Below are positions 9,979 to 25,702 of a DNA stretch of 64,000 bases, piece after piece; positions within the stretch are counted from its first letter, which is position 1; every line of letters begins with the position of its first letter. Below the pieces are notes generated by a model. It was not told the origin of the DNA and made no database searches. It was given only the letters and a program-made list of their open reading frames with translations. This DNA is from Escherichia phage GEP101: sequence record PQ036202; one strand, 5' to 3'. A program made the position numbers and the translations under genes.

Positions 9979-11331
9979 ATGTGGAATCCAATTGTTAATG
10001 TAGATATTACATTGAACACCGCAGGAACTACAAGAGAAGGTTTTGGGCTACCGCTATTTTTAGCTTCAACAGATAACTTTGAAGAAAGAGTCCGTGGTTA
10101 CACTTCCTTAACTGAAGTTGCTGAAGATTTCGATGAAAATTCTGCTGCATATAAGGCTGCTAAACAACTTTGGAGTCAGACTCCTAAAGTAACTCAGCTT
10201 TATATTGGTAGACGTGCTATGCAGTACACTGTATCAATTCCTGACTCTGTTACTGAAAGTACCGATTATTTTTTAACTGTAGCTGTGGGCGGTGGAGTTT
10301 CTCAACCATTCCAGTACACTTCACAGTCAGAAGATACTGCTGAGAAGGTGTTACAGCAGCTTAAAACACAGATTGAAGCTGACCCAACAATTAAAGATAA
10401 GGTCACTGTGAATGTAACTGGTTCTGGTAGTTCAGCAACAATGATTATTACCAAATCTGTTGGCAATGATTTTGTGAAGGTTACTACTACAGCACAAACA
10501 GTGTCAATTGCAAGTACAACTGCTGATACAGCATCAACTGCTCTGGCAGCTATCGAAGCTTATTCAACTGACTGGTATTTCATTGCAGCAGAAGACAGAA
10601 CTCAACAGTTTGTCTTAGCAATGGCTTCTGAGATTCAAGCTCGCAAGAAGATTTTCTTCACAGCTAACTCTGATGTAGCAGCACTGCAAGGTACAGAATT
10701 AGCTAGTGCAAATGATGTTCCAGCACAGCTTGCTAAGAATCAGTACACTCGTACAGTTTGCTTGTGGCATCACACAGCAGCAGAAGACTATCCAGAAATG
10801 GCATACATTGCTTATGGTGCTCCATATGATGCAGGTTCAATTGCTTGGGGTAACGCACAGTTAACTGGTGTAGCTGCTTCTCTACAACCATCTAATCAGA
10901 GACCTCTGACAAGTATTCAGAAGTCTGCTTTAGATGCACGTCACTGTAACTTTATTGACCTTGATGGTGGTGTTCCAGTGGTTCGTAGAGGGATTACTTC
11001 TGGTGGGGAATGGATTGATATCATCCGTGGTGTTGACTGGTTAGAATCAGACCTGAAAACTTCTCTGAGAGACTTGCTAATTAACCAGAAGGGTGGTAAG
11101 ATTACTTATGATGATACTGGTATTACCCGTATTCGTCAAGTCATTGAAACCTCTCTACAAAGAGCAGTCAACAGAAACTTCCTGTCATCTTACACAGTTA
11201 ATGTTCCTAAAGCCTCTCAAGTTGCTTTAGCAGACAAGAAAGCTCGTATCCTGAAAGATGTTACCTTCTCAGGTATCTTAGCAGGGGCTATCTTGGATGT
11301 TGACTTGAAAGGTACAGTGGCTTACGAATAA
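9979..11331 (+). CDS. tail sheath protein (putative)
   Basis: 450 aa, followed by about 150-aa tube-sized gene, strong terminator, chaperone pair and tape measure, the canonical myovirus order. Confidence 0.5.
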   Translation: MWNPIVNVDITLNTAGTTREGFGLPLFLASTDNFEERVRGYTSLTEVAEDFDENSAAYKAAKQLWSQTPKVTQLYIGRRAMQYTVSIPDSVTESTDYFLTVAVGGGVSQPFQYTSQSEDTAEKVLQQLKTQIEADPTIKDKVTVNVTGSGSSATMIITKSVGNDFVKVTTTAQTVSIASTTADTASTALAAIEAYSTDWYFIAAEDRTQQFVLAMASEIQARKKIFFTANSDVAALQGTELASANDVPAQLAKNQYTRTVCLWHHTAAEDYPEMAYIAYGAPYDAGSIAWGNAQLTGVAASLQPSNQRPLTSIQKSALDARHCNFIDLDGGVPVVRRGITSGGEWIDIIRGVDWLESDLKTSLRDLLINQKGGKITYDDTGITRIRQVIETSLQRAVNRNFLSSYTVNVPKASQVALADKKARILKDVTFSGILAGAILDVDLKGTVAYE

Positions 11332-11346
11332 TAGAGGTAAATTGGA

Positions 11347-11793
11347 ATGGCTATGTATCAGCAATATTCCCCTAAAGACGTTGTATGTAGCTGGAACGGC
11401 ATTGCTATTGAAGGCTTTGCTCCAGATTCATTCTTACGTCTACAGAGAACATCACCACTTATCACACCAGTTGTAGGTGCGGGTGGTCAGGTTGCTCTGA
11501 CAAGAAATGCAGACAAGACAGGTACTATTGAGATTGAGCTAATGCAGACTTCTCTCTCTAATCAGATGCTTTCTGCAATTCAAGCTAAACAAGACAATAT
11601 GGAACTTGAAGAAGATATCTCTTCTAACTTCGTAATCTACGACCCATCAGGCTCTGTTCTGGCAACTGGTATTAATGCTTGGTTGCAGGAGCTACCACAG
11701 ATTGAACTTGGTCGTGACCAGAACTCTAAAACTTGGATTTTTGGTTGTGAGAAGCTAGACTACACTTCTACAATTCCAGCGTCAAGTGTTTAA
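11347..11793 (+). CDS. tail tube protein (putative)
   Basis: 148 aa, position between sheath and chaperones, followed by strong terminator. Confidence 0.5.
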   Translation: MAMYQQYSPKDVVCSWNGIAIEGFAPDSFLRLQRTSPLITPVVGAGGQVALTRNADKTGTIEIELMQTSLSNQMLSAIQAKQDNMELEEDISSNFVIYDPSGSVLATGINAWLQELPQIELGRDQNSKTWIFGCEKLDYTSTIPASSV

Positions 11794-11803
11794 TAAATCC
11801 TAT

Positions 11804-11840
11804 AAGGGGGAGACTTTAAAAGGTCTTCCCCTTTTTTGTT
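11804..11840 (+). terminator. rho-independent terminator after tube gene
   Basis: 11-bp stem (AAGGGGGAGAC / GTCTTCCCCTT) with 8-nt loop followed by TTTTGTTTCTTTT. Confidence 0.55.
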
Positions 11841-11866
11841 TCTTTTAAAAGTATTAAGGAATCACA

Positions 11867-12265
11867 ATGAAAACAGAAGCTAGAGTAATTAATGGTAAGA
11901 AAGTAAATATCGTTCTGCTTGGGGCAAGAGATGGTATTAAGATGTCTATGAAGTTGGGTAAAATTGTTGTTCCAACCTTTGCACAGATGCTGTCAAGTCT
12001 GACTGATAAAGACAAGAAAGAAGCTCCAATGGTTCCATTTAAAGAACTTGTTGAAGCTTGTTTTGACAGAATTGAAGAAATTAACCTTGAAGAAATGGCT
12101 ACCTTACTATTTCAAGGGGCGACTGTTGATGACTTCCCACTAAATATTGATACCTATTTCCAAGCAAACTACGGTGAATTTATTGACTACTTAGCATTTG
12201 CGCTGGAGGCAAACTTCGGAAGTTTTTTCGAAGCAAGCATTTTCAAAAGCCTAACTTCTCAGTAA
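11867..12265 (+). CDS. tail assembly chaperone (G-like)
   Basis: Position directly upstream of tape measure; contains slippery heptamer near its 3-prime end. Confidence 0.45.
   Translation: MKTEARVINGKKVNIVLLGARDGIKMSMKLGKIVVPTFAQMLSSLTDKDKKEAPMVPFKELVEACFDRIEEINLEEMATLLFQGATVDDFPLNIDTYFQANYGEFIDYLAFALEANFGSFFEASIFKSLTSQ
12223..12229 (+). other. candidate -1 programmed ribosomal frameshift slippery site T_TTT_TTC
   Basis: Heptamer TTTTTTC is in X_XXY_YYZ register of ORF 11867..12265; the -1 frame from 12229 is open into ORF 12268..12507. Confidence 0.45.
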
Positions 12266-12267
12266 AC

Positions 12268-12506
12268 ATGGGTAACACTCTACAGACACCACTAACTGAT
12301 GCTGCTGTAGAGGCAACCTATGAAGAAGCAGACGAGATGAAATTTGTGCTTGCTATTTATGGTATGGAAGGGTGTAAAGAAACACTTGACCAACTCTTTG
12401 CTATGACATTCTCTGATTTATTATCATTGAGACAATTTCTTGAGATTCAGAGGTCGTATAAAGAGGAAATTGCTTACAACGAACTTAGAAGAGCAGGAAA
12501 AATGTA

Positions 12507-12507
<1 letters not shown>
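12268..12507 (+). CDS. tail assembly chaperone frameshift extension (GT-like)
   Basis: 79-aa ORF in -1 frame relative to upstream chaperone, stop overlaps tape measure start. Confidence 0.4.
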
Positions 12508-17891
<5,384 letters not shown>

Positions 17892-17892
<1 letters not shown>

Positions 17893-19361
17893 TGGCAGGA
17901 TTAACTACAACAGGATTACAAACTCTAAGATATCAGGAGATTTTTGATAATATCAAATCAAGGCTTCTTAGAGATATTTCACCAAACCTTGACGTTTCTG
18001 AAGATAGCCAACTAGGTCTCTTCCTAGCTTCAATTGCAAGGTCTTTAGCGGATACTCATGAGATTCTATCAGAAGTCTATGACGGTGGAACAATTGACAA
18101 GGCCGAAGGCTTTAACCTTGATGATATTACAGCTTTAAATGCTGTATATAGATATGTTGCACAGGCAACAAGAGGTCAGGTAGAGTTTACTGGAACAACT
18201 GGTGCTACCATTCCTTCAACAACAAGATTAAGAAGTACTGCCGGAAACATCTTTTATCCAGTTAACAATATTACCCTTACCCCATCATATTGTGTTGAAG
18301 CTGTCCTTGAAGTTAACTCTTTACGAACTGATGCAGATTATGTTATTATTATTGATAACGTCATTTTCTCATATAAACCAACCTCATCAGATACAATCAC
18401 CACACTTCTAACAAAATTAGCAGAAGCTATTAATGGTGGTATTGTAGCAAAGGCAGAAGTCATTAATGATGGAGCAGCATTAAGAATCTATAAAGATGAG
18501 GGTGATATCATTGCAAGAACAAATCCTATGGTTGTCACTGCAACAACGTTTCTGACCTTTACAAAAATTACAACTATTTCAGATGTAGTAGCTGAAGAGG
18601 TAGGTGCTATCCCTGCTTTGGCTGGTACACTTATTGAGATTGAGACAACTGTTGATGGTCTTGACAGTATCTATAACAGGTATGACTTAACAACTGGTAG
18701 AAATGAAGAAACTGACACAGAACTTAGACAGAGGTATTTAGAATCTTTAGCAGTTACTGGTGTAGGGACTTTGGATGCAATTGTAGCTGCTGTTAAAAGA
18801 GTTCAAGGTGTCTCAGATGCTTCAGGTGTTGAAAATGATACTGAAGAGACAAACTCAGAAGGTCTTCCACCAAAATCTTTTAAGATTGTCGTAGTTGGTG
18901 GTCAAAATGATAATGTAGCTCAGGCAATTTGGGATACAAAACCTGCTGGTATTAGAGCTTATGGCTCAATTTTTGGTACAGCCTATGATTTAGGCGGTTT
19001 GGCACATAATATCTATTTTAGCAGACCAACACCAAAATACGCATTTGTTAAGGTCTCTTACTCTCTATATGATGAAGAAAGCTTGACAATCCCTGAAGAG
19101 GATATCAGAGACAGCATTGTACAAGGTATTAATGCCTACGGAAGAACGCTTAAGGTTGGTAATGATGTTATCCCTAACAGAATCTATGGACATATCTATG
19201 ACGTAATTAAAGGTATTGAGATTAATGAAGTCAAGGTGGCGTTATCAAACAGTCAATCAGTCTCACCTAGTGACGGACAATATACTACAGCAAGAATTAC
19301 TGTTGACGGTGACCAATATACTGTTTGGGAAAGTAGCCAGTATACCATCACTAAGGAGTAA
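17892..19361 (+). CDS. baseplate wedge protein (gpJ-like), tentative
   Basis: 489 aa, gene order. Confidence 0.4.
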
Positions 19362-19363
19362 TA

Positions 19364-20218
19364 ATGTTTGAAAAGATTGATAGTGTTTATTACAAAACAC
19401 TTGATGAACGAACTGTAACACAGTTTAAAGACAAGTTTATCTACACAAGTATCTTGAAAGCAATCACTGATGAGTTACAAACATTAGAGGATGTCTGCTG
19501 GCAGATGCACACAGAAAGAAATATTAGGACGTCAGTAGGCCAACAACTTGATAATATTGGCTCACTGATTAAAGTTCCTAGACCTTTAGGTGCTGATGAT
19601 GAAACATATAGAGCTATGCTTTATATCCAAATCTTCCTAAGACGCTCTGACACTACTCCAACATTCTTGCAAAAAGCAATTATGACACTATATGGTGCAA
19701 CTTTCTCTCAGATTTTTGAGCATATTACTCCTAAGACTGGTGGCATCGTTATCCGTATCAACACTAGAAAAAGCGTTCTAGATGCTGCATATACACTGTC
19801 AAAGATTTCTGCAACAACCACTGGTTCTGCTGTTATCTTAAGAGATGTTACTTTAAATGGGACTGCTTGGACACCTGTAGAGGTTGCTGATTCAGCACTT
19901 GCCATTGTTGATGATAAAGAGAACTGGTTCGTAACTGATGCTAACAGGGGTCTGGTCACAAATAACACTGGTGGCTCTCTGGAGTCTAACCTAGTAGGGA
20001 GTCTTGCAGATGCTGGTGTTATTGATGGTTACTTTAAGGTTGACAGAACAGCAAACTCACAGAGTGATGATTATATGAAAGTAGATAGGTCTAATAATAG
20101 CGGATATTTCATCGCTGGTAAAGAAGCTGTTGCAGGTGGTGCATACGGAATCATGGCTGAGGTTGCACAAATTGTCAAAGGCAGAAAAGATAAATCACAA
20201 CAAGAAGGAAATTCTTAA
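19364..20218 (+). CDS. baseplate/tail fibre attachment protein (gpI-like), tentative
   Basis: 284 aa, gene order before tail fibre genes. Confidence 0.35.
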   Translation: MFEKIDSVYYKTLDERTVTQFKDKFIYTSILKAITDELQTLEDVCWQMHTERNIRTSVGQQLDNIGSLIKVPRPLGADDETYRAMLYIQIFLRRSDTTPTFLQKAIMTLYGATFSQIFEHITPKTGGIVIRINTRKSVLDAAYTLSKISATTTGSAVILRDVTLNGTAWTPVEVADSALAIVDDKENWFVTDANRGLVTNNTGGSLESNLVGSLADAGVIDGYFKVDRTANSQSDDYMKVDRSNNSGYFIAGKEAVAGGAYGIMAEVAQIVKGRKDKSQQEGNS

Positions 20219-20520
20219 TGGCAGTTTTAAATTGGTCTACAAATGAAGTGGATGCTGATGGTAATCAGTTAAAAGTTTTACCACCACCGGAAATTCAAGA
20301 GACAGGTCTTTTAAAGGGTGAGCCTATGGGTAGACAGTGGTTCAACTATATTATCAACTACCTGCTGAATAAAGTAAACGGCACTGTTGGTGAAGTTCGC
20401 TCATACGCAACTGAGCAACCAGATTTAGTGGCTAATGGCTGGAATCTAATTAAGTCTGAGACAGGGACTGCATCAACAAGCACAAGAAACCTTTACACAT
20501 ATGAATATGTAGGAGCTTAA
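20218..20520 (+). CDS. hypothetical protein
   Basis: 100-aa ORF between baseplate and fibre genes. Confidence 0.3.
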   Translation: MAVLNWSTNEVDADGNQLKVLPPPEIQETGLLKGEPMGRQWFNYIINYLLNKVNGTVGEVRSYATEQPDLVANGWNLIKSETGTASTSTRNLYTYEYVGA

Positions 20521-20522
20521 TA

Positions 20523-21698
20523 ATGGCAGCAGGTGAAATTCAAATTAGTGCCTTGCCACAAGCGGCCTTACCAATTGATTTGAGTGATATCTTCCATCTT
20601 AAGCAAGGTGTTGAGGATAAAAGATGTACGCTTGAACAGTTGTTAGCACCTCACACATCTTTGAGGAATAACCCTCATGGTGTAACTAAATCACAAGTTG
20701 GTCTTGATAATGTTATTAACTCACTCCAATTGGTCGCAGCTAATAACTTGTCAGACATTGTAGATGTTGCTGAGGCAAGAGCAAATCTACAGATTATGTC
20801 GTCAGATGAAGTGAATAACTTAATCCAGCAACATATTGACGACAAAAGTAACCCACACAATACAACGAAAGCACAGGTTGGGTTAAGTAATGTTCAGAAC
20901 TGGACAACATCCAACCTGTACAATGAAGATGCTGATAAGTATGCTACCGCGAGAGCAGTGAATAATCTATACAAAGCTATCCAAGCATCTTATCCAGTAG
21001 GAACTATTCATCTGTCTGTTAATTCTGCTAACCCATCCACTTACCTGCTTTGTGGAGGCACTTGGGAGTTAGTCTCTAAAGGTAGGGCGTTAGTTGGTTA
21101 TGATACAGATTCTCGACCTGTTGGTTCAACGTTTGGTTCTCAGACTGTAGCGTTAACAAATAATAATTTACCAACACATACTCACTCTATCTATTTAACA
21201 GGTGGTGGTCATACACACTCTGCAAGTGTATCTGTCTCCAGTTTTGATTATGGTTCAAGAAGTACATCAACTTTCGATTATGGTACGAAGGCAACCGATG
21301 GTGCTGGTGCTCACGCTCACACGTTTAGTGGTACAACAAGTAATGAGGGTAACCATAACCATAGAGTACCTATGAGGGGTAACGACAGAGGTGGGTCAAA
21401 CGCTATTACTGCATCCGCTGATGCTGGTGTTGGGTATGCTGTGTATACTGATTTGGCTGGTGCTCACACTCATAGCTTCTCAGGCACGACTGCATCATCT
21501 GGTTATCATAGCCATACTGTTGCAATTGGTGCTCACAGCCACACTGTTAATATTGGTTCACATAGTCATACAGGTACTGTTACTGTTTCTAGTTCAGAGC
21601 ATACACACTCAGGAACATCTGGTTCTGTTGGTGGTGGGCAGGCTTTCAGTGTTGAGCAGCCATCTTTTGTAGTATATGTGTGGCAGAGGACAGCTTAA
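20523..21698 (+). CDS. tail fibre protein with fibre repeats and HxH-rich C-terminal domain
   Basis: Repeated NPH..TK.QVGL.NV motifs, multiple H-x-H triplets (HTHS, AHAHTF, AHTHSF, HSHT, AHSHT, HSHT, EHTHS), C-terminus ...YVWQRTA. Confidence 0.6.
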   Translation: MAAGEIQISALPQAALPIDLSDIFHLKQGVEDKRCTLEQLLAPHTSLRNNPHGVTKSQVGLDNVINSLQLVAANNLSDIVDVAEARANLQIMSSDEVNNLIQQHIDDKSNPHNTTKAQVGLSNVQNWTTSNLYNEDADKYATARAVNNLYKAIQASYPVGTIHLSVNSANPSTYLLCGGTWELVSKGRALVGYDTDSRPVGSTFGSQTVALTNNNLPTHTHSIYLTGGGHTHSASVSVSSFDYGSRSTSTFDYGTKATDGAGAHAHTFSGTTSNEGNHNHRVPMRGNDRGGSNAITASADAGVGYAVYTDLAGAHTHSFSGTTASSGYHSHTVAIGAHSHTVNIGSHSHTGTVTVSSSEHTHSGTSGSVGGGQAFSVEQPSFVVYVWQRTA

Positions 21699-21707
21699 TT
21701 TCTTTAC

Positions 21708-21728
21708 AGGGGCTTTATAGCCCCTTTT
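21708..21728 (+). terminator. hairpin with short T-run between the two fibre genes
   Basis: AGGGGCT-TTAT-AGCCCCT followed by TTT. Confidence 0.4.
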
Positions 21729-21744
21729 CAGAGGAAAATTTATA

Positions 21745-24120
21745 ATGGCAGATTACAAATTGAGTCAACTAAACTCAATCGACACAATTCGTTCAGAAGA
21801 CCTATTGCACATCAGAGTTAAGAAAAGACCTGAAATGTTGGGCGATGAAGACCGTAGAATGACCTATCAAGACTTCTTAGCTTCCTTCAAACTAGAAAGG
21901 TTTGTTCAGATTGCTGGGAGTACTATGATTGGGGATTTAGGTATTGTCAAGTTACTTTACGGTGGCAAGGCTGTATTTGACCCAACAGATTCTTCTGAGA
22001 TTACTATTGGGGATATTTTAAAGGCTTTTAAAATTAACTCAAATGGTCTTAAACTCACTATTGCAGATGCTTCAAGGTCGGCAACTGTTTATCATACTTT
22101 GAATAAACCAAGCCCTAATGAACTTGGCATGAGAACTAATGAAGAGAATGATGCAAGATATTCAAGATTGGCTGTAAGTAACACCTTTAGAGAAGCTCAA
22201 ACTATTCTCTCTAATAATGAGACTCTTATTGTTAAAAATATCACAAAAGGTGTAGCACTCTATATTCGCGGTAAAGATGCTGATGGTACTAATAGATGGT
22301 ATCTTGGTAATGACCAAAATGGTACAGATAATTTTGTATTGAAGAATGTAAAAACTGGTGTCTCAATTGCTATGTTAGAAAATTTAGCGTCAGTCAATAG
22401 CACTCTTCAAATCACGGGTCAAGTTCAACCTTCAGATTTCTCTAACTTAGACGCTAGATACTTTACTCAGACAGTTGCTAATCAGAGATTTGCACAGTTA
22501 GCTGCTAATAATACTTTTAGCGGTGAAAATACATTCAGTAAAGCTGTTTCCGTAGTAGCTAATAAAGCTGCTATCATGCTACAGAATAAAGACTTAAATA
22601 GTGAGTTGTTCATCCTAGCAAGAGATAGTGAATACAATAATCTATGGTTTATTGGTAAAGGAGATACCAGTTCTGATATCACATTCTATGATTACAAGGG
22701 TGGTACATCTATTACCTTAAACTCGTCTGGCGCAGTATTTAATAAGAATGTAAAAATCACTGGACAAGTTCAACCTTCTGATTGGACTAACATTGACTCT
22801 AGATATATTCCGGCAGCAACATTAAGTACGATTGCAAGAACTAATGCACAAAATACTTTTAATGGTGTGCAGAAAGTTGTTACGGATAATGAAGCCCTAA
22901 TTGTGAAAAACTCTACTCAGAACAGACCATTGTATATCCGTGGTGTGGACACTGCTAATGTTTCAAGATGGTGGGTAGGTGTTGGTGGGGCAGATACTAA
23001 TGATGTAACCCTAAATAACAGTTTTTCTGGCACTCAGTTAGTTTTAGGTAACTCATCTGCAAGTATCAATAAGACATTATCTCTAGCTGGACAGGTTCAA
23101 CCAAGTGACTGGTCTAACATTGATGCAAGATATTACGGTAAAGCCGAAGCCGATGCGAAGTATATCTGGTCAACATCCAGAGGCGCAGTAAGAGAAGAGG
23201 ATGGTAGCGTAGCTTGGAATCAACCTTCAGGAATCTATACAGAGCTTATCAAGGGTGGTGGTTCGAGCCGTTTAGTATTAAACCTCTTCACGAACGCCTC
23301 AACCTCTACACCATCTGCACAATTGAGATTCGATTACAGAAATGGTGGAATGTGGTACAGAACAGCCAGAGACGCATTTGGTTTTGAGGCTGAATGGTCT
23401 AAGGTTTACACTGAAGCTCAGAAACCAACCCCTTCAGAGATTGGTGCATACACTAAAGCAGAAACTGACCAGAAGATTGCAGAAGCGATTAGTGACTCTA
23501 CAGACCTGAATAAAATCTATCCAGTAGGTATTGTGACGTGGTTTAACAGTAATGTTAACCCTAATACAGCACTTCCTGGGTTAACTTGGACGTACCTGAA
23601 CAATGGTGTTGGTAGAACTATTAGAATTGCAGCAGCTAATGGCTCAGATGTTGCTACAACTGGTGGTTCAGATTCTGTAGCGTTATCTGTTGGTAACTTA
23701 CCTTCACACACGCATAGTTTCTCTGCTACCACTTCGACGTTTGATTATGGCACTAAGTACACAGATGGTCAGGGTGCTCACGACCATGATAGAGGTAATA
23801 TGGAAATTCATGGTGATTTTGGTTTCTTCAGGAGTGACGCATCAAGCTTCTACACTGCTAGTGGGTCTTTTGCTATCTCAGGTTCACAAGCATCTAGGGG
23901 GTACACAGGTAATAACTTCACTTATGGTACTCCTGTTAACTTCTATGCCTCTAGAACTTGGACAGGTAGAACAAGTTGGGTAGGTGCTCATGCACATGGT
24001 GTAGGTATTGGTGCTCACAACCATACGGTAAGTGGTAACACTGGTGTTACAGGTTCTGGTTCAGCATTTAGTGTTACTAACCAGTTCTATAAGCTAATGG
24101 CTTGGGTAAGGACTGCTTAA
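21745..24120 (+). CDS. tail fibre protein with three internal repeats and HxH-rich C-terminal domain
   Basis: Three copies of ...GQVQPSD(F/W)(S/T)N(L/I)D(A/S)RY...; C-terminal SHTHSF, STFDYGTKYTDGQGAHDHD, AHAHGVGIGAHNHT, ending ...AWVRTA, homologous to C-terminus of 20523..21698. Confidence 0.65.
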   Translation: MADYKLSQLNSIDTIRSEDLLHIRVKKRPEMLGDEDRRMTYQDFLASFKLERFVQIAGSTMIGDLGIVKLLYGGKAVFDPTDSSEITIGDILKAFKINSNGLKLTIADASRSATVYHTLNKPSPNELGMRTNEENDARYSRLAVSNTFREAQTILSNNETLIVKNITKGVALYIRGKDADGTNRWYLGNDQNGTDNFVLKNVKTGVSIAMLENLASVNSTLQITGQVQPSDFSNLDARYFTQTVANQRFAQLAANNTFSGENTFSKAVSVVANKAAIMLQNKDLNSELFILARDSEYNNLWFIGKGDTSSDITFYDYKGGTSITLNSSGAVFNKNVKITGQVQPSDWTNIDSRYIPAATLSTIARTNAQNTFNGVQKVVTDNEALIVKNSTQNRPLYIRGVDTANVSRWWVGVGGADTNDVTLNNSFSGTQLVLGNSSASINKTLSLAGQVQPSDWSNIDARYYGKAEADAKYIWSTSRGAVREEDGSVAWNQPSGIYTELIKGGGSSRLVLNLFTNASTSTPSAQLRFDYRNGGMWYRTARDAFGFEAEWSKVYTEAQKPTPSEIGAYTKAETDQKIAEAISDSTDLNKIYPVGIVTWFNSNVNPNTALPGLTWTYLNNGVGRTIRIAAANGSDVATTGGSDSVALSVGNLPSHTHSFSATTSTFDYGTKYTDGQGAHDHDRGNMEIHGDFGFFRSDASSFYTASGSFAISGSQASRGYTGNNFTYGTPVNFYASRTWTGRTSWVGAHAHGVGIGAHNHTVSGNTGVTGSGSAFSVTNQFYKLMAWVRTA

Positions 24121-24199
24121 TCCCTTGTTGACTGATTGTTAAGATGGTGTTAATATTCTTTATGGGTATTCTCACCATCTTGGCTGATGAGGTGATTAA

Positions 24200-24397
24200 A
24201 TGCCTACAATCCTAGCAATTCTTCTAAAAAATCTAGGTAGCTTCTTCTGGAAACTCATTTTATCCCTTCTAAGTGAATACATGATTGAGAAAGTGTTCTT
24301 TAGACTTGCAAGATACCTTGCGAGTAAGACAGACACACCTATTGATGATGAGTTCGTAGATAACTTAGAAAAAGCTTTTAAGGGGGAGAATAAATGA
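24200..24397 (+). CDS. small hydrophobic protein
   Basis: 65 aa with hydrophobic N-terminal segment. Confidence 0.3.
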   Translation: MPTILAILLKNLGSFFWKLILSLLSEYMIEKVFFRLARYLASKTDTPIDDEFVDNLEKAFKGENK

Positions 24398-24765
24398 AGT
24401 GGCTAGAGGAAGCTTTTAAAAATAATATTGGTGCAATTGTAGTTGGTATTTTTAGTGTTATTGGGATGTATACCACCATGCAAGTTTCGGAAGGTAAACA
24501 AGAAGTGTCTATCACAACAAAGTTACAGCAGTTGGATAATTATTCCAAAAGTAATTATTCAGCTATTCGTGATTTACAGTCTGATATGAGGCTGCTTCAG
24601 CTAGGGATGGAGAACCAGAAAGTCCAGTTAGAGAATGTTAAGGGTGAGAACGCAAAACTTACTAAGACTCTTGATAAATTCTCTGATAGTGTGAACAATC
24701 TGGCTCAATCAGTATCAGCCCTCCAAGCTATTACTGAAAAGAACACAAAGAATACTGAAAAGTAA
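24394..24765 (+). CDS. membrane-anchored coiled-coil protein
   Basis: N-terminal TM-like segment IGAIVVGIFSVIGMY then coiled-coil-like sequence. Confidence 0.3.
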   Translation: MKWLEEAFKNNIGAIVVGIFSVIGMYTTMQVSEGKQEVSITTKLQQLDNYSKSNYSAIRDLQSDMRLLQLGMENQKVQLENVKGENAKLTKTLDKFSDSVNNLAQSVSALQAITEKNTKNTEK

Positions 24766-24770
24766 AGTTT

Positions 24771-24798
24771 AAGGCTCCTTTTTACGGGAGCCTTTTTT
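24771..24798. terminator. hairpin terminator between convergent transcription units
   Basis: AAGGCTCC-TTTTTACG-GGAGCCTT followed by TTTTTT on + strand; lies between end of + block and end of thyA on - strand. Confidence 0.5.
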
Positions 24799-24801
24799 GT
24801 T

Positions 24802-25701
24802 TTATTTACCTACTGATAAAGGTGCTTCAATCTTTCCTGCATGTTGGTAATTATTAATACCACCAATAAAATCACTTGCAGTGAGATGTTTTAAGTCACT
24901 TAAAGTATTAAGTGGGATACCAATCTCAAAAGTTGGTGCATGGAACTCTTCATTGTTCATCAGTTCATAAACCTGTTTCATATGGTTCTGATAAATCTGA
25001 GTATCTCCAAAGACACCTATCAAGTACCGTGGAGTGTATCCAGTCATCTTACAAAGAACTTCCAGAATAAAACCATAAGATGCAATATTAAACGGAAGTC
25101 CTAAAAAGGTGTCTACAGAACGTTGATACCATTGTAAGTCAACTTCACCCTCGTTAGTGATATAAATCTGAAACAGAACATGACAAGGTGCTAAAGCCAT
25201 TGAGTTTGCTGCAATATCTGCTGCATTCCAAGCATTAACAAGCATGTAACGGTCTGTGATATCACCCTTCATCTTTGTTACTAAGGTCTCTAACTGGTCT
25301 ACAACACAACCGTTATGGCCTTCAAAGTTTCTCCACTGGACCCCATAGATTCTTCCACCTGCATCCTCTAACCAATCTTGCTCAGAAGAATAATTAGAGC
25401 TTAACCAGCGTTTAAAATCATCTGACCAGATAGTCCAACGTTCTCCGTCATTTTCACCCCAAGTGCGATAACGGAGTTCGCCAAGCTTATTCTCACCATT
25501 CAGGAACCATAAAGCTTCCCCAATAACTTGCCGTGTAAACACCTGTTTAGATGTTAATAGCGGGAAACCAGTTCGCATATCAAAACGAAACTGAGGTGGA
25601 GCAAATGCAGAGATAACATCTCCAGTTCGTGTAGTACGCAGTTCACCAACGGATAAAACATGGTTCAGGATATTTTTGTAACTTGTATCTGCTTGTGACA
25701 T
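24802..25701 (-). CDS. thyA: thymidylate synthase
   Basis: Active-site region ALAPCHVLFQIYI...LQWYQRSVDTFLGLPFNIASYGFIL matches ThyA signature. Confidence 0.85.
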   Translation of the reverse strand: MSQADTSYKNILNHVLSVGELRTTRTGDVISAFAPPQFRFDMRTGFPLLTSKQVFTRQVIGEALWFLNGENKLGELRYRTWGENDGERWTIWSDDFKRWLSSNYSSEQDWLEDAGGRIYGVQWRNFEGHNGCVVDQLETLVTKMKGDITDRYMLVNAWNAADIAANSMALAPCHVLFQIYITNEGEVDLQWYQRSVDTFLGLPFNIASYGFILEVLCKMTGYTPRYLIGVFGDTQIYQNHMKQVYELMNNEEFHAPTFEIGIPLNTLSDLKHLTASDFIGGINNYQHAGKIEAPLSVGK

Positions 25702-25702
25702 A

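Noticed and set aside
24200-24765. Holin and spanin assignment for the two small membrane ORFs after the tail fibres
   Set aside because: Only one hydrophobic segment each and no adjacent endolysin; kept as hypothetical membrane proteins.
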